64,000 bases of DNA, from positions 347-64,346 of the forward strand of contig JAVMKC010000075.1 in the NCBI GenBank assembly GCA_031732795.1, in the 5' to 3' direction. The notes beneath the pieces were generated by a model that saw only the letters and a list, made by a program, of their open reading frames with translations, searched no databases and was not told the DNA's origin. Each line of letters starts with the position of its first letter. Position 1 is the first letter of the stretch. Shown piece by piece: positions 9,825 to 21,889 of the stretch. This DNA is from Accumulibacter sp. (lineage in GTDB: Bacteria > Pseudomonadota > Gammaproteobacteria > Burkholderiales > Rhodocyclaceae). The position numbers were made by a program, and so were the translations under genes.

Positions 9825-11152
9825 TGGCGATCCTTGGTGCAATCAATCCGATGCTCACCGCCGGTCTCGGTGGTGACGACGCTTGGCGTCTGGCCGATTA
9901 CGCAAAGCGCGGCGGGTATGCCGCGTTGCGCCGTATTCTTGATCAGAAGATGGCGCAAGGTGATGTCATTAATGAAGTGAAGAAATCCGTGCTGCGTGGT
10001 CGGGGCGGGGCGGGGTTTCCGACCGGGCTCAAATGGAGTTTCATGCCGCGTTCGTTTCCAGGAGACAAATACGTCGTTTGCAATTCAGACGAAGGCGAGC
10101 CTGGAACATTCAAGGACCGCGATATTCTGCGTTATGACCCGCATTCGGTGATTGAAGGAATGGCCATTGCTGCTTATGCGATGGGGGCCGGGCGCGGATA
10201 TAACTACATTCATGGTGAAGTCTGGGAGATTTATCAACGCTTCGAGGAAGCGCTGGCCGAGGCGCGTGCGGCGGGCCTGATCGGTAAGAACATCCTGGGT
10301 TCGGGTTTCGATTTCGAGCTTTTCGCGCATCATGGTTACGGTGCGTATATCTGCGGTGAAGAAACCGCACTGCTCGAGTCGATTGAAGGTAAAAAAGGTC
10401 AACCCCGGTTCAAACCGCCTTTCCCTGCTTCATTCGGGCTGTACGGCAAACCGACGACGATCAACAACACCGAGACTTTCGCGTCGATTCCGTACATCAT
10501 CAATCTGGGCGGCGAGAACTACCTCAATGCCGGCAAGCCTAACAACGGCGGCACCAAGCTTTTTTCCGTTTCCGGTCATGTCAATCGTCCCGGTAACTAT
10601 GAGATTCCGTTGGGTACCCCGTTCGCCACGCTTTTGGAAATGGCGGGCGGCATGCGTGGCGGACGCAAATTGAAAGCGTGTATTCCGGGTGGTTCGTCGG
10701 CGCCAGTGGTGCCGGCGGCGCAGATGATGGATTGCACGATGGATTATGACTCGATCAGCAAGGCGGGGTCGATGCTGGGGTCCGGGGCAGTCATCGTTAT
10801 GGATGAAACCACGTGCATGGTCCGTGCCCTCGAACGCTTGTCATTCTTTTACTACGAGGAATCGTGCGGACAATGCACGCCGTGCCGCGAAGGAACGAGC
10901 TGGTTATATAAGGTCGTTCATCGAATCGAGCATGGTCAAGGGCGCTCCGACGATTTGGATCTGCTGGGTAGCGTGACGACCAATATCATGGGGCGGACGA
11001 TATGCGCGCTCGGTGACGCCGCCTCGATGCCAGTGCAAAGTTTCATCAAGCATTTTCGCGACGAGTTCGCGTACCACATCGATAACAAGAAGTGCCTCGT
11101 GCCCGTTGAAGTCCAGCGTGCCGGTAGCGGCTTCTTTACGGCAACGGTTTAA
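9824..11152 (+). CDS. nuoF: NADH-quinone oxidoreductase subunit F
   Basis: ATG overlaps the nuoE stop; motifs [55 protein letters not shown]. Confidence 0.97.
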   Translation: MAILGAINPMLTAGLGGDDAWRLADYAKRGGYAALRRILDQKMAQGDVINEVKKSVLRGRGGAGFPTGLKWSFMPRSFPGDKYVVCNSDEGEPGTFKDRDILRYDPHSVIEGMAIAAYAMGAGRGYNYIHGEVWEIYQRFEEALAEARAAGLIGKNILGSGFDFELFAHHGYGAYICGEETALLESIEGKKGQPRFKPPFPASFGLYGKPTTINNTETFASIPYIINLGGENYLNAGKPNNGGTKLFSVSGHVNRPGNYEIPLGTPFATLLEMAGGMRGGRKLKACIPGGSSAPVVPAAQMMDCTMDYDSISKAGSMLGSGAVIVMDETTCMVRALERLSFFYYEESCGQCTPCREGTSWLYKVVHRIEHGQGRSDDLDLLGSVTTNIMGRTICALGDAASMPVQSFIKHFRDEFAYHIDNKKCLVPVEVQRAGSGFFTATV

Positions 11153-11163
11153 GGTACGAGACG

Positions 11164-13494
11164 ATGGAAATCGAAATTGACGGCAAAATTGCGGATGTGC
11201 CTGACGGCAGTACGATCATGGATGCCGCGCAGCAGTTAGGCACCTACATTCCGCATTTCTGCTATCACAAGAAGCTTTCAATCGCCGCCAATTGCCGGAT
11301 GTGCTTGGTACAGGTCGAAAAAGCGCCCAAACCAATGCCCGCCTGTGCCACACCGGTGACCAACGGAATGAAAGTGTTTACGCATTCCGATCTCGCCATC
11401 AAGGCCCAGAAGGGAGTGATGGAATTCCTGCTGATCAATCACCCGTTGGATTGCCCAATCTGTGACCAGGGTGGGGAATGCCAGTTGCAGGATTTGGCTG
11501 TCGGTTATGGTGGAGCAAAGTCGCGGTTCCAAGAAGACAAGCGGATCGTCTTTTATAAGGAAGTCGGTCCGCTGATCTCAATGAAGGAAATGGCACGCTG
11601 CATTCATTGCACGCGTTGCGTGCGTTTCGGGCAGGAGATCGCCGGTTTGATGGAACTCGGAATGGCCAATCGCAACATGCATTCCGAAATTACCACTTTC
11701 CTTGGGCGGTCGATCGACTCGGAGCTTTCGGGAAACATGATCGATCTCTGTCCGGTCGGTGCGTTGACCTCGAAGCCGTTCCGGTATTCGGCGCGTAGTT
11801 GGGAGCTGACTCGTCGCAAATCGGTCAGTCCTCACGACAGCCTGGGTGCTAACCTGACTGTGCAGATCAAGAACAACGTCGTCATGCGTGTTCTGCCGCG
11901 CGAGAATGAGGAAATCAACGAATGCTGGATTTCGGATAAGGAACGATTCGCGTATGAGGCTTTGAACTCGCCGGCGCGGTTGTCCAAACCGATGATCCGT
12001 ATCGACGGATCGTTGCGTGAGGTCGAATGGAACGTTGCACTCGACTATGTGACGCATGGTTTGAAAGACGTCATTGCCACGCATGGCGGCGAATCCGTCG
12101 CTGCTTTGGCCTCGCCACATTCGACTCTGGAAGAACTCTATCTGGTGCAGAAGCTGACTCGTGGACTCGGCTCCGGGAGCGTTGATTTTCGGCCACGGCG
12201 CCACGATTTCTCGTCGGATCGGCATCTGGCGGGAATTCCTTGGTTGGGGTGCAAGCTTTCTGAGATCAGCGACCTTGATGCTGCATTGGTTGTCGGCAGT
12301 TTCTTGCGCAAGGACCACCCCTTATTCGCTCAGCGTCTTCGTCAACTGGCCCGCAAATGGGGGAAAGTCAGTCTGCTGTCAGTCACCGCTGACGATCAAT
12401 TGATGAATCTGCATGCGCGGCGGACGGTCAGTCCAGCGGACTTGCCCTGGGCTTTGGCTGCTGTCCTCAAAGCTGCGGCTCAGCTCAAACAGACGGAAAT
12501 CCCGGCAGGACTGGAGTCGATTGAACCTTGCGAAGCGAGTCGAGCAATTGCCAGCAGCCTCGTTGAAAAAGAGAAAAGCGCCATTTTCTTGGGGAATGTC
12601 GCTGAGCAAAGTCCGCAAGCAGCTATGCTGCATGCGCTGGCACTGGAACTGGCCAAGTTGACAGGTGCAAGCTGTGGTTTCATCGGTGAAGCAGCCAACT
12701 GTGTCGGCGGGTACGTAGCCAAAGCGTTACCGACCGCGCTGAATGCTCGCGAGATGTTTGATCAACCCCGGAAAGCCTACCTATTGCTTGGCGTCGAGCC
12801 AGAGCTGGACTGCCACGATCCGCAAAGCGCGGTGAGCGCCCTCAAGGCCGCGTCCCTGGTTGTAATGATGACGCCTTTCGCTGATCTGGCCGCGTGTGAG
12901 TATGCTGACGTCTTGCTGCCGGTAACACCATTTGTCGAAACTGCTGGTACTTTCGTGAATTGCGAAGGGCGGATTCAGAGCTTCCACGGCCTCGTTCGTC
13001 CCTGTGGAGAGGCGCGGCCAGCTTGGAAGGTGCTACGAGTCCTAGGCAACTTGCTCGATCTTTCTGGATTTGATTACGAATCAAGCGAGCAAGTGCGCGC
13101 CGAGATGGTGCCGGGGACGGAAGAGTTCGTTGGCGGCTTGAACAATTCCTTACGCGACATGCCCTGGTCCTTGGCTGCGCCAAAAAGTGGAGGATTCCAG
13201 CGCATCGCCGACGTTCCTATCCATTTTGCCGACCCATTGGCCAGACGATCGCCGGCATTACAAAAGACACGTGACGCTGCACCGCCGACCGCGCGCATGA
13301 ATTCTCAGACGATGGCGGCCGTTGGCGTCGTTGATGGCGCCGAAATACGGGTCCGTCAAGGAGTGGGAGTCGTCGCATTGACCAGCCAATTGGACGAAAA
13401 CGTACCGGTAAATTGTCTTCGCATCGCCGCGGCACATCCTTCGACGGCGGTGCTGGGCGAAATGTTCGGTGCAATCAATGTGGAGCGTGCATGA
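11164..13494 (+). CDS. nuoG: NADH-quinone oxidoreductase subunit G
   Basis: 776 aa; motifs [47 protein letters not shown]. Confidence 0.97.
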   Translation: MEIEIDGKIADVPDGSTIMDAAQQLGTYIPHFCYHKKLSIAANCRMCLVQVEKAPKPMPACATPVTNGMKVFTHSDLAIKAQKGVMEFLLINHPLDCPICDQGGECQLQDLAVGYGGAKSRFQEDKRIVFYKEVGPLISMKEMARCIHCTRCVRFGQEIAGLMELGMANRNMHSEITTFLGRSIDSELSGNMIDLCPVGALTSKPFRYSARSWELTRRKSVSPHDSLGANLTVQIKNNVVMRVLPRENEEINECWISDKERFAYEALNSPARLSKPMIRIDGSLREVEWNVALDYVTHGLKDVIATHGGESVAALASPHSTLEELYLVQKLTRGLGSGSVDFRPRRHDFSSDRHLAGIPWLGCKLSEISDLDAALVVGSFLRKDHPLFAQRLRQLARKWGKVSLLSVTADDQLMNLHARRTVSPADLPWALAAVLKAAAQLKQTEIPAGLESIEPCEASRAIASSLVEKEKSAIFLGNVAEQSPQAAMLHALALELAKLTGASCGFIGEAANCVGGYVAKALPTALNAREMFDQPRKAYLLLGVEPELDCHDPQSAVSALKAASLVVMMTPFADLAACEYADVLLPVTPFVETAGTFVNCEGRIQSFHGLVRPCGEARPAWKVLRVLGNLLDLSGFDYESSEQVRAEMVPGTEEFVGGLNNSLRDMPWSLAAPKSGGFQRIADVPIHFADPLARRSPALQKTRDAAPPTARMNSQTMAAVGVVDGAEIRVRQGVGVVALTSQLDENVPVNCLRIAAAHPSTAVLGEMFGAINVERA

Positions 13495-14543
13495 TGGTCG
13501 CTACGCTGCAAGGACTGCTGCAAGGACTTTTCGGGGCGGCTTATCCGCTGGTCTGGGCCTTGCTCAGAATCGTTCTGATCATCGCTCCGCTGTTGCTTTG
13601 TGTTGCTTACCTGACCTTTTGGGAACGCAAAGTCATCGGCTGGATGCAGGTCCGCATAGGTCCGAACCGAGTCGGTCCGTGGGGCCTGATTCAACCGATT
13701 GCCGACGGTTTGAAATTGCTGCTCAAGGAAGTCGTCATCCCTACGGGGGCCGACAAAAGCGTTTTCCTGTTGGCGCCGATGTTCGCCTTTGCACCGGCAC
13801 TGGCCGCTTGGGCGGTAGTGCCGTTTACTGATACCCTGGTCTTGGCGAATGTCAATGCCAGCCTGCTGTATATCATGTCCATAACCTCGATCGGGGTTTA
13901 CGGGATCATACTTTCCGGTTGGTCATCGAACTCGAAATACGCCTTCCTCGGCGGCATGCGTTCCGCGGCGCAGATGATTTCATACGAAGTTTCGATGGGC
14001 TTGGCCTTGGTCGTGGTGCTGATGGTCTCCAACAGTCTGAACCTTGGCGATATCGTTAAAAGCCAGGGACAAGGCTATTTCGCTGATCTTGGTTTCGGCT
14101 TGTTGTCGTGGAACTGGCTGTCGTTGTTGCCAATGTTCATCGTATATCTGGTGTCGATCGTCGCTGAAACCAACCGGGCGCCTTTCGACTTGGCGGAAGG
14201 TGAATCGGAAATCGTTGGTTTTCACGTCGAATATTCTGGAATGGCCTTCGCGGTCTTCTTCTTGGCCGAATACGCGAACATGATTCTGGTGTCTACGCTG
14301 GCGTCGATCATGTTTCTTGGCGGATGGCTCTCTCCGGTTGGTTTCCTGCCTGATGGGCTTTTCTGGTTACTGCTGAAAATCTCGTTCGTACTGTTTATTT
14401 TCCTGTGGATTCGAGCCACTTTCCCGCGCTACCGTTATGATCAGATCATGCGACTGGGGTGGAAGGTGTTCATTCCGTTATGCCTGATCTGGCTGGTTGT
14501 CGTCGGCTGCTGGATGATGTCGCCGTTGAATATCTGGAAATGA
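13491..14543 (+). CDS. nuoH: NADH-quinone oxidoreductase subunit H
   Basis: ATGA overlap with nuoG; motifs [42 protein letters not shown]. Confidence 0.97.
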   Translation: MMVATLQGLLQGLFGAAYPLVWALLRIVLIIAPLLLCVAYLTFWERKVIGWMQVRIGPNRVGPWGLIQPIADGLKLLLKEVVIPTGADKSVFLLAPMFAFAPALAAWAVVPFTDTLVLANVNASLLYIMSITSIGVYGIILSGWSSNSKYAFLGGMRSAAQMISYEVSMGLALVVVLMVSNSLNLGDIVKSQGQGYFADLGFGLLSWNWLSLLPMFIVYLVSIVAETNRAPFDLAEGESEIVGFHVEYSGMAFAVFFLAEYANMILVSTLASIMFLGGWLSPVGFLPDGLFWLLLKISFVLFIFLWIRATFPRYRYDQIMRLGWKVFIPLCLIWLVVVGCWMMSPLNIWK

Positions 14544-14553
14544 GAGGCAATTC

Positions 14554-15042
14554 ATGGGATCAATGAAGGAAATTTTCAACAGCCTCCTGTTAAAAGAGCT
14601 ATTCAAGGGGCTGTCGGTGACCGGGCGATACATGTTTGCCCGCAAGATTACCGTTCAATACCCAGAAGAAAAGACACCACAGAGTTTTCGTTTCCGTGGC
14701 TTGCATGCTCTGCGGCGTTATCCGAATGGTGAAGAGAGATGCATTGCCTGCAAGTTGTGTGAAGCGGTTTGCCCAGCACAAGCTATCACCATCGAGTCCG
14801 ACGAGCGGGCTGATGGATCGCGTCGCACTACTCGTTATGACATCGATCTGACAAAATGCATTTTTTGCGGTTTTTGTGAAGAAGCGTGTCCAGTCGATGC
14901 CATAGTGGAAACACGGATTTATGAATATCACGGGGAGACCCGTGGGGATCTCTACTATACCAAGCCAATGCTGCTGGCCAACGGTGATCGCTATGAGACG
15001 CAGATTGCCGAAGATCGCGCACTCGACTCGAAATATCGTTGA
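14554..15042 (+). CDS. nuoI: NADH-quinone oxidoreductase subunit I
   Basis: Two 4Fe-4S motifs, [12 protein letters not shown] and [12 protein letters not shown]. Confidence 0.97.
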   Translation: MGSMKEIFNSLLLKELFKGLSVTGRYMFARKITVQYPEEKTPQSFRFRGLHALRRYPNGEERCIACKLCEAVCPAQAITIESDERADGSRRTTRYDIDLTKCIFCGFCEEACPVDAIVETRIYEYHGETRGDLYYTKPMLLANGDRYETQIAEDRALDSKYR

Positions 15043-15054
15043 TAGGCCGCTGAA

Positions 15055-15657
15055 ATGGAATTCAAGACTTTCGTTTTCTACTTCTTGTCGGCTGTATTGA
15101 TAGTGGCCGGCTTACGGGTGATCACTTCACGAAATCCAGTCCATGCGGCGCTTTATTTGGTATTGGCCTTTTTTTCTGCAAGCGGGGTTTGGATGCTTTT
15201 GCAAGCAGAGTTTTTGGCCTTGGCACTGATTCTGGTTTATGTTGGTGCGGTAATGGTTCTTTTCCTTTTCGTGGTGATGATGCTCGACATCAACCTTGAT
15301 CGTTTACGAGAGGCTTTTTGGAGCTATTTGCCTTTAGGATCGATCATTGCTCTTTTCATGGTGACTGAAATGGGCTTGGTTCTCGGCGGAAATTATCTTG
15401 GGTTGTTCGAAAATAGTGTTCCACAAACTTCGGCGACTGAAAGTAATGTGCAAGCCGTTGGGCGACTAATGTTTACCGATTACGTATATCCATTCGAACT
15501 GGCTTCGGTAATTCTGTTGGTCGGTATTGTTGCAGCCGTTGCCCTGACGCAGCGTGAAAAGCGTAAAACCAAGCTGGTTGATCCCAGTCAGCAAGTATTT
15601 GTCAAGGCCAAAGATCGTATTCGTGTTTTGCAGATGCCGGCCGAGAAACGCGAATAA
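15055..15657 (+). CDS. nuoJ: NADH-quinone oxidoreductase subunit J
   Basis: Motifs NPVHAALYL, VYVGAVMVLFLFVVMML, YPFELAS. Confidence 0.96.
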   Translation: MEFKTFVFYFLSAVLIVAGLRVITSRNPVHAALYLVLAFFSASGVWMLLQAEFLALALILVYVGAVMVLFLFVVMMLDINLDRLREAFWSYLPLGSIIALFMVTEMGLVLGGNYLGLFENSVPQTSATESNVQAVGRLMFTDYVYPFELASVILLVGIVAAVALTQREKRKTKLVDPSQQVFVKAKDRIRVLQMPAEKRE

Positions 15658-15695
15658 ACAGTACTGGTTAGAAATAGCGGTCAAGCTTAAAACTG

Positions 15696-15717
15696 GGTAG
15701 ATGCATGCACATCTACC
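15696..15717 (+). other. Perfect 8-bp stem-loop inside the nuoJ-nuoK spacer
   Basis: GGTAGATG-CATGCA-CATCTACC, no U-tract. Confidence 0.6.
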
Positions 15718-15747
15718 GAAAATGAGAAAAGATTCCAGGGAGGTCCC

Positions 15748-16053
15748 TTGCTCACACTGTCCCATTTTTTGATTCTGGGTTCGATCCTGTTCGCGATCAG
15801 TGTCGTCGGTATTTTCCTCAATCGAAAAAATCTGATTATCATCCTGATGTCGATAGAGCTGATGCTATTGGCGGTCAATCTCAACTTCATTGCTTTCTCG
15901 CATTATTTGCAGGATTTGGCCGGACAGGTTTTCGTTTTTTTCATTCTCACTGTTGCTGCGGCCGAATCGGCGATTGGTTTGGCGATTCTTGTCGTGCTGT
16001 TCCGTAACTTGAAAACCATCCATGTCGATGATCTGGACAGCCTGAAGGGTTAA
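15748..16053 (+). CDS. nuoK: NADH-quinone oxidoreductase subunit K
   Basis: TTG start after SD GGGAGG; motifs [25 protein letters not shown]. Confidence 0.96.
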   Translation: MLTLSHFLILGSILFAISVVGIFLNRKNLIIILMSIELMLLAVNLNFIAFSHYLQDLAGQVFVFFILTVAAAESAIGLAILVVLFRNLKTIHVDDLDSLKG

Positions 16054-16055
16054 CC

Positions 16056-18161
16056 ATGGAAATGCAAAAACTCTATCTGCTGGTTCCCTTGGCTCCGTTG
16101 TTTGGTGCGATTGTCGCAGGGTTGTTCTGTCGTCTGATTCCACGCTGGGTGGCGCATTCGGTGACGATTGCTGGAGTGGCTGTTTCCTTTTTTGCGTCTT
16201 ATCTGATTTTCAAGGATGTACAAGCGGGCAACACATTCAATGGGCCGGTATACCAATGGCTGACTTCCGGTGACTATCGTTTCGAAGTCGGCTTTTTGGT
16301 TGATCAACTCACCGTCACGATGATGCTGGTGGTGACGTCGGTTTCATTGATGGTTCATATTTACACCATTGGCTACATGCAGGATGATCCTGGGTATAAC
16401 CGTTTCTTTAGCTACATTTCATTATTCACTTTTTCGATGTTGATGCTCGTGATGAGCAACAACTTCATGCAACTATTTTTTGGTTGGGAAGCGGTTGGTT
16501 TAGTTTCATATCTGCTGATCGGTTTTTGGTACACCCGTCCGACAGCTATTTTCGCCAACCTGAAAGCTTTTCTGGTCAATCGAGTTGGTGATTTCGGATT
16601 CATTCTTGGTATCGGTTTGGTACTGAGTCATTTCGGCACGCTTGATTACGCTGCTGTCTTTGCCAAGGCCCCGTCGTTGGCTGGGTCTACCATTCCGATT
16701 TTCGGCAAGGGAAGCGAAGTGGCGTTGATGAGTGCCGTCTGCATTCTGCTCTTTGTCGGAGCGATGGGTAAGTCGGCGCAGGTCCCTTTGCACGTCTGGC
16801 TGCCGGATTCCATGGAAGGCCCCACGCCGATATCGGCGCTGATCCATGCGGCGACAATGGTCACTGCTGGCATCTTCATGGTCGCCCGGATGTCTCCATT
16901 GTTCGAACTATCCGACACTGCGCTGTCGTTTGTCATGGTCATCGGTGCCATAACCGCTTTGTTCATGGGCTTCTTGGGTATTATCCAAAACGATATCAAA
17001 CGCGTAGTCGCCTATTCGACTCTCTCGCAATTGGGTTACATGACTGTGGCTTTGGGCGCATCGGCGTATTCCGTCGCTATCTTCCACCTGATGACCCATG
17101 CCTTTTTCAAAGCGCTGCTCTTTCTTGCTGCCGGTTCGGTGATCATCGGCATGCACCACGACCAAGATATTCGCAACATGGGCGGCCTGCGGAAATATAT
17201 GCCGGTTACTTGGATTACCTCGTTGATTGGTTCTCTGGCATTAATCGGAACACCTTTTTTTGCCGGATTCTATTCCAAGGATTCGATTATTGAGGCGGTG
17301 GCACTGTCGCATCTCAGCGGCGCTAAATTTGCATACTTTGCCGTGATGGCTGGTGTTTTCATTACCGCGTTTTATTCGTTCCGGATGTATTTCCTGGTGT
17401 TTCACGGCCAGGAGCGTTTTGGCAAAGCGGCGAATCACGACGATCATGATTCTCATCATAGTCATTCTGCGCCCGCTTTACCAAACGATGCGCATCATTC
17501 TTCGCCTGCGGATCATGGCCATGACGCTCACGATGCGGATTCACACCATGCAGAAGAGCATCACGGACTGGCACCAGGGCAAAAACCGCATGAATCGCCG
17601 TGGGTCGTTACCTTGCCACTGGTGATGCTGGCCATTCCGTCGGTGATCATTGGTTACTTGGCGATCGAGCCGATGCTGTTTGGCGGTTTTTTCAAAGAAG
17701 CAATTTTCGTAGATGCCAATGCCCACCCGGTGATGGCTGAACTCGCCCATCATTTCCATGGCGCATTTGCCATGGCAACCCACGCCTTCACTTCTCCGGT
17801 ATTTTGGCTGGCTGTGGCTGGCGTGGCTTTATCTTGGTTCTTTTACCTGAAAAGACCAGATATTCCAGAGTCGATCAAGAACAATTTGGGCTGGCTTCAT
17901 GGATTGCTGGATAACAAATATTACTTCGACAAATTTAATGAAGTATTTTTTGCCGGCGGTGCGCGCTTGCTCGGTAAAGGACTTTGGAAAGGTGGTGACG
18001 CTGGGTTGATCGATGGCATGTTCGTCGGCGGCTCGGTCCGTCTTGTGAGCTGGTTTTCGACCCTGGCTCGCTTCTTCCAGACCGGACACATTTACCACTA
18101 TGCTTTTACGATGATAATCGGCGTGTTCATTTTGATGACCTTTTGGGTCACGCGCGCCTGA
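16056..18161 (+). CDS. nuoL: NADH-quinone oxidoreductase subunit L
   Basis: 701 aa; motifs FFGWEAVGLVSYLLIGF, GKSAQVPLHVWLPDSMEGPTPISALIHAATMV; His-rich loop. Confidence 0.97.
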   Translation: MEMQKLYLLVPLAPLFGAIVAGLFCRLIPRWVAHSVTIAGVAVSFFASYLIFKDVQAGNTFNGPVYQWLTSGDYRFEVGFLVDQLTVTMMLVVTSVSLMVHIYTIGYMQDDPGYNRFFSYISLFTFSMLMLVMSNNFMQLFFGWEAVGLVSYLLIGFWYTRPTAIFANLKAFLVNRVGDFGFILGIGLVLSHFGTLDYAAVFAKAPSLAGSTIPIFGKGSEVALMSAVCILLFVGAMGKSAQVPLHVWLPDSMEGPTPISALIHAATMVTAGIFMVARMSPLFELSDTALSFVMVIGAITALFMGFLGIIQNDIKRVVAYSTLSQLGYMTVALGASAYSVAIFHLMTHAFFKALLFLAAGSVIIGMHHDQDIRNMGGLRKYMPVTWITSLIGSLALIGTPFFAGFYSKDSIIEAVALSHLSGAKFAYFAVMAGVFITAFYSFRMYFLVFHGQERFGKAANHDDHDSHHSHSAPALPNDAHHSSPADHGHDAHDADSHHAEEHHGLAPGQKPHESPWVVTLPLVMLAIPSVIIGYLAIEPMLFGGFFKEAIFVDANAHPVMAELAHHFHGAFAMATHAFTSPVFWLAVAGVALSWFFYLKRPDIPESIKNNLGWLHGLLDNKYYFDKFNEVFFAGGARLLGKGLWKGGDAGLIDGMFVGGSVRLVSWFSTLARFFQTGHIYHYAFTMIIGVFILMTFWVTRA

Positions 18162-18182
18162 GCTAGAAAGACTGGGAACGAT

Positions 18183-19667
18183 ATGTCAGGCACGCCGCTT
18201 CTATCACTAGCCATTTGGGTTCCGATTTTCGCCGGCTTGTTGGTCTTGGCGACCGGAAGCGATCGCAACGCACCACTGGCTCGGATGTTGTCGCTCGCTG
18301 GTGCGGTTGCCGGGTTGGTGGTGACCTTTCCGTTATATTCCGGGTTCGATCTGCACACGCCAGCGATGCAGTTCGTCGAGCTGAGTTCTTGGATTCCGCG
18401 TTTCAACGTTAATTATCATTTGGGGGTTGATGGCATTTCGATGCCGTTTGTAATTCTCAACAGTTTTATCACCGTCACGGTCGTTCTCGCTGGATGGCAG
18501 GTCATTGAACAGAAAGTGGCTCAGTACAACGCTGGCTTTCTGATCATGTCTGGACTGATGAATGGGATTTTCTCTGCGCTCGACGGCGTGCTGTTTTATG
18601 TCTTTTTTGAAGCTTCGCTGATACCCCTTTACCTGATTATTGGGGTTTGGGGCGGGCCCAATCGGGTTTATGCAGCGTTCAAGTTTTTTCTATTTACCCT
18701 GATGGGGTCGCTGTTGTTCCTGATTGCACTGCTCTATCTGTTTCTCGAGTCCGGCGGCAGTTTCTCGATTTTGCAGTGGCATACCTTGCCGCTCGGTATT
18801 TCGCCGCAAAAATGGTTGTTCTTCGCCTTCCTGGTCGCTTTCGCAGTCAAGGTGCCGATGTGGCCGGTGCATACCTGGTTGCCTGATGCGCACGTCGAAG
18901 CACCGACAGGCGGGTCGATTGTTCTGGCGGCGATCGCCTTGAAACTCGGGGCATATGGTTTTCTGCGGTTTTCATTGCCTATCGTTCCAGATGCATCGCA
19001 TCATTTCAGCGGTCTAGTAATAGGCTTGTCCTTGATCGCCATCATCTACATCGGTTTTGTCGCTCTGGTGCAACACGACATGAAGAAGCTGGTCGCTTAT
19101 TCTTCGATCGCGCACATGGGGTTTGTCACCTTGGGGTTTTTCATCTTCAGCCCATTGGGAGTCGAAGGTGCTTTGGTGCAAATGATTTCGCACGGCTTTG
19201 TATCAGGGGCGATGTTCTTCTCGATTGGCGTGATGTACGACCGGGCACATTCCCGGCAGATCGCCGATTACGGTGGTGTGGTCAATACCATGCCAAAATT
19301 CGCCGCATTCTTCATGCTTTTTGCCATGGCCAATGCGGGTTTGCCGGCAACATCAGGATTCGTCGGTGAATTCATGGTTATTCTGGCAGCGGTCGATCAT
19401 AACTTCTGGGTGGCTTTTGCCGCGGCTTCGACGATGATTGTTGGAGCAGCCTATACCTTATGGATGTACAAGCGGGTCGTTTTTGGTGCCGTAGCCAATC
19501 ACCATGTTGCCGAACTGACCGATATCACCAGCCGCGAGTTTTTCATATTTATCCTGTTCGCCATCGGCGCACTGGGAATGGGTCTCTATCCGCAGCCTTT
19601 TACCGAAATCATGCACAGTTCTGTCAATGAACTGTTGCATCATGTCGCCCAAAGCAAGATCCAATAA
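18183..19667 (+). CDS. nuoM: NADH-quinone oxidoreductase subunit M
   Basis: Motifs [36 protein letters not shown]. Confidence 0.97.
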   Translation: MSGTPLLSLAIWVPIFAGLLVLATGSDRNAPLARMLSLAGAVAGLVVTFPLYSGFDLHTPAMQFVELSSWIPRFNVNYHLGVDGISMPFVILNSFITVTVVLAGWQVIEQKVAQYNAGFLIMSGLMNGIFSALDGVLFYVFFEASLIPLYLIIGVWGGPNRVYAAFKFFLFTLMGSLLFLIALLYLFLESGGSFSILQWHTLPLGISPQKWLFFAFLVAFAVKVPMWPVHTWLPDAHVEAPTGGSIVLAAIALKLGAYGFLRFSLPIVPDASHHFSGLVIGLSLIAIIYIGFVALVQHDMKKLVAYSSIAHMGFVTLGFFIFSPLGVEGALVQMISHGFVSGAMFFSIGVMYDRAHSRQIADYGGVVNTMPKFAAFFMLFAMANAGLPATSGFVGEFMVILAAVDHNFWVAFAAASTMIVGAAYTLWMYKRVVFGAVANHHVAELTDITSREFFIFILFAIGALGMGLYPQPFTEIMHSSVNELLHHVAQSKIQ

Positions 19668-19681
19668 TTGTGGTAGCCGCT

Positions 19682-21169
19682 ATGACTCTTGCCGAAATGC
19701 AGTTCCTGCCGCCTGACCTCCGCATTGCCAGTGCCGAGATTTTCGTTTTACTGATGGCATGCGTGATTTTGCTGTTCGATCTTCTGGTGAGAGAACGGAA
19801 GCGGACGGCGACTTATGTTGCTACCCAGGCTTCTCTGGTAGGTGCGGCAGTAATCACCGCTGCGTCGAGTTCCGGCGACATTGCTTTCACGTTCAGCAAT
19901 ATGTATGTTGCTGACATGCTCGGTGATGTCTTGAAACTTTTGCTTTATTTGACGGTGTTTGTCGTTCTGCTCTATTCACGTCGCTATGTGCTTGAACGTG
20001 AACAGATGGCTAAAGGAGAGTACTACACGCTGGCCCTGTTTGCGACTTTGGGAATGATGGTAATGATATCCGCCAATCATTTCCTCAGCGTTTATGTCGG
20101 GCTTGAGCTTCTTTCGCTGTCGCTTTATGCAATGGTAGCGATGAATCGTGATTCAGTGCCGGCTACTGAAGCAGCGATGAAGTATTTCGTACTTGGCGCG
20201 TTGGCTTCCGGTTTGTTGTTATATGGCATGTCGATGATTTATGGAGCTACGGGCAGTCTGGATATTTCCACTGTTGCCGAACGCTTGGCCATCGGTCAGG
20301 CAGATAGGACCATTCTTGTTTTTGGCTTGGTGTTTTTGGTATCAGGAATTGCTTTCAAACTGGGTGTCGTTCCATTCCATATGTGGATCCCCGATGTCTA
20401 TCATGGCGCACCAACAGCTGTTACGTTGTTCATCGCGACCGCACCCAAGCTGGCTGCTTTCGCGATCGTCATGCGGATGCTGGTCAATGGGTTGATCGTC
20501 ATGGCGGCTGATTGGCAGTCGATGTTGATCTTCCTGTCCGTGTTGTCGATGGCCATTGGCAATATTGCCGCCATTGCTCAAACCAATCTCAAACGCATGC
20601 TGGCGTATTCGGCAATCTCGCATATGGGTTTCATGCTGTTAGGTTTGGTTACCGGTGTGGTCGGCATGGATAGGCAATTTGCTTTCAATGCCTATAGTTC
20701 AGCGATGTTTTATGTCATCACTTATGTGCTGACCAGTGCTGGCACCTTCGGGATGATCCTGATGTTGGCCAAATCCGGGTTTGAATCTGACGAACTGGAA
20801 GATTTCAAAGGACTCAACAAACGCAGCCCCTGGTTTGCCGCAGTAATGATGATGATGATGTTTTCAATGGCTGGCGTACCGTTTTTTGTCGGCTTTTTCG
20901 CCAAATTCTCTGTTTTGCAGGCGGTTGTTGCCGCAGGCTATCTCTGGTTGGCGATTGCAGCAGTGGTTTTTTCGTTGATCGGTTGCTTTTATTACTTACG
21001 GGTGGTCAAGATCATGTACTTCGATCAACCGACGACACATCGGCCTATCGACGCACCGATGGATACGAAAATCCTGCTGTCGGCCAACGGCTTGCTGGTG
21101 GCGGTCTTGGGACTTGCTCCACAAAGTTTGATGTCGGTCTGCGCAGTCTCCGTGTTGTTCTCGATTTGA
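19682..21169 (+). CDS. nuoN: NADH-quinone oxidoreductase subunit N
   Basis: Motifs [42 protein letters not shown]; start uncertain (19670, 19682 or 19697). Confidence 0.96.
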   Translation: MTLAEMQFLPPDLRIASAEIFVLLMACVILLFDLLVRERKRTATYVATQASLVGAAVITAASSSGDIAFTFSNMYVADMLGDVLKLLLYLTVFVVLLYSRRYVLEREQMAKGEYYTLALFATLGMMVMISANHFLSVYVGLELLSLSLYAMVAMNRDSVPATEAAMKYFVLGALASGLLLYGMSMIYGATGSLDISTVAERLAIGQADRTILVFGLVFLVSGIAFKLGVVPFHMWIPDVYHGAPTAVTLFIATAPKLAAFAIVMRMLVNGLIVMAADWQSMLIFLSVLSMAIGNIAAIAQTNLKRMLAYSAISHMGFMLLGLVTGVVGMDRQFAFNAYSSAMFYVITYVLTSAGTFGMILMLAKSGFESDELEDFKGLNKRSPWFAAVMMMMMFSMAGVPFFVGFFAKFSVLQAVVAAGYLWLAIAAVVFSLIGCFYYLRVVKIMYFDQPTTHRPIDAPMDTKILLSANGLLVAVLGLAPQSLMSVCAVSVLFSI

Positions 21170-21194
21170 GTTTCGACCGGTTCATGCTTCATTG

Positions 21195-21221
21195 AAACGC
21201 CCCGCGATTTGGGGCGTTTTT
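21195..21221 (+). terminator. Intrinsic terminator ending the nuo operon
   Basis: AAACGCCCC-GCGATTT-GGGGCGTTT followed by TT. Confidence 0.85.
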
Positions 21222-21235
21222 GTTGGAATTTGACT

Positions 21236-21796
21236 ATGGCAGACGACTATCCGCATCTGCGTGAAGATCCACTTGAAAGCACCCAGGTCTTCGCCGGTAA
21301 TTTGCTCGATGTACGCCGGGACCGGGTACGTTTGCCCAATGGTGGTGAAAGCTGGCGCGAATATATCCGGCATCAAGGCGCCGCAGTTGTCATCGCGCAA
21401 CAACCTGACAATCGGTTGATTTTTGTCAGGCAACATCGGTATCCATTGCGGCGTACGATTTTGGAATTGCCGGCAGGTAAAATCGATCCAGGCGAAGATA
21501 TTCTATTGACCGCTCAACGGGAGTTGCGTGAGGAAAGTGGTTATTCAGCGGATGAATGGCGCTACCTCGGCGTGATGCATCCTTGTGTTGGCTACTCCAA
21601 CGAAAGAATAGAGATCTTCTTGGCCCGTGGACTACAGCGTCAGGGCGAGCAGAATCTTGATGACAACGAATTCATAGATGTTCTGGAATTGACCCTGGAG
21701 GAAGCTGTCGCCGCCGTGCGGAATGGTTCGGTAACCGACGCCAAAACGATTACCGGTATATTTTGGGCGGAAAAGGTGATTAATGCCGGTTGGTGA
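21236..21796 (+). CDS. nudF: NUDIX hydrolase, ADP-ribose pyrophosphatase-like
   Basis: Nudix box GKIDPGEDILLTAQRELREESG; motifs LELPAG, TDAKTI; conserved after nuoN in betaproteobacteria. Confidence 0.85.
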   Translation: MADDYPHLREDPLESTQVFAGNLLDVRRDRVRLPNGGESWREYIRHQGAAVVIAQQPDNRLIFVRQHRYPLRRTILELPAGKIDPGEDILLTAQRELREESGYSADEWRYLGVMHPCVGYSNERIEIFLARGLQRQGEQNLDDNEFIDVLELTLEEAVAAVRNGSVTDAKTITGIFWAEKVINAGW

Positions 21797-21889
21797 AGTT
21801 CCGGCTTTTCAAAAAATAAAGTAATGGCTGCGCAGTAACTGAGATGGGCGAATCTATCTCATTTGCAACGAATAACCGTTTTCTCCGCT

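Noticed and set aside
14554-21169. Apparent AT-richer look of nuoI-nuoN, suggesting foreign origin
   Set aside because: Spot counts of single lines were similar to nuoF, and T-rich codons for hydrophobic residues explain the impression; gene order is canonical.
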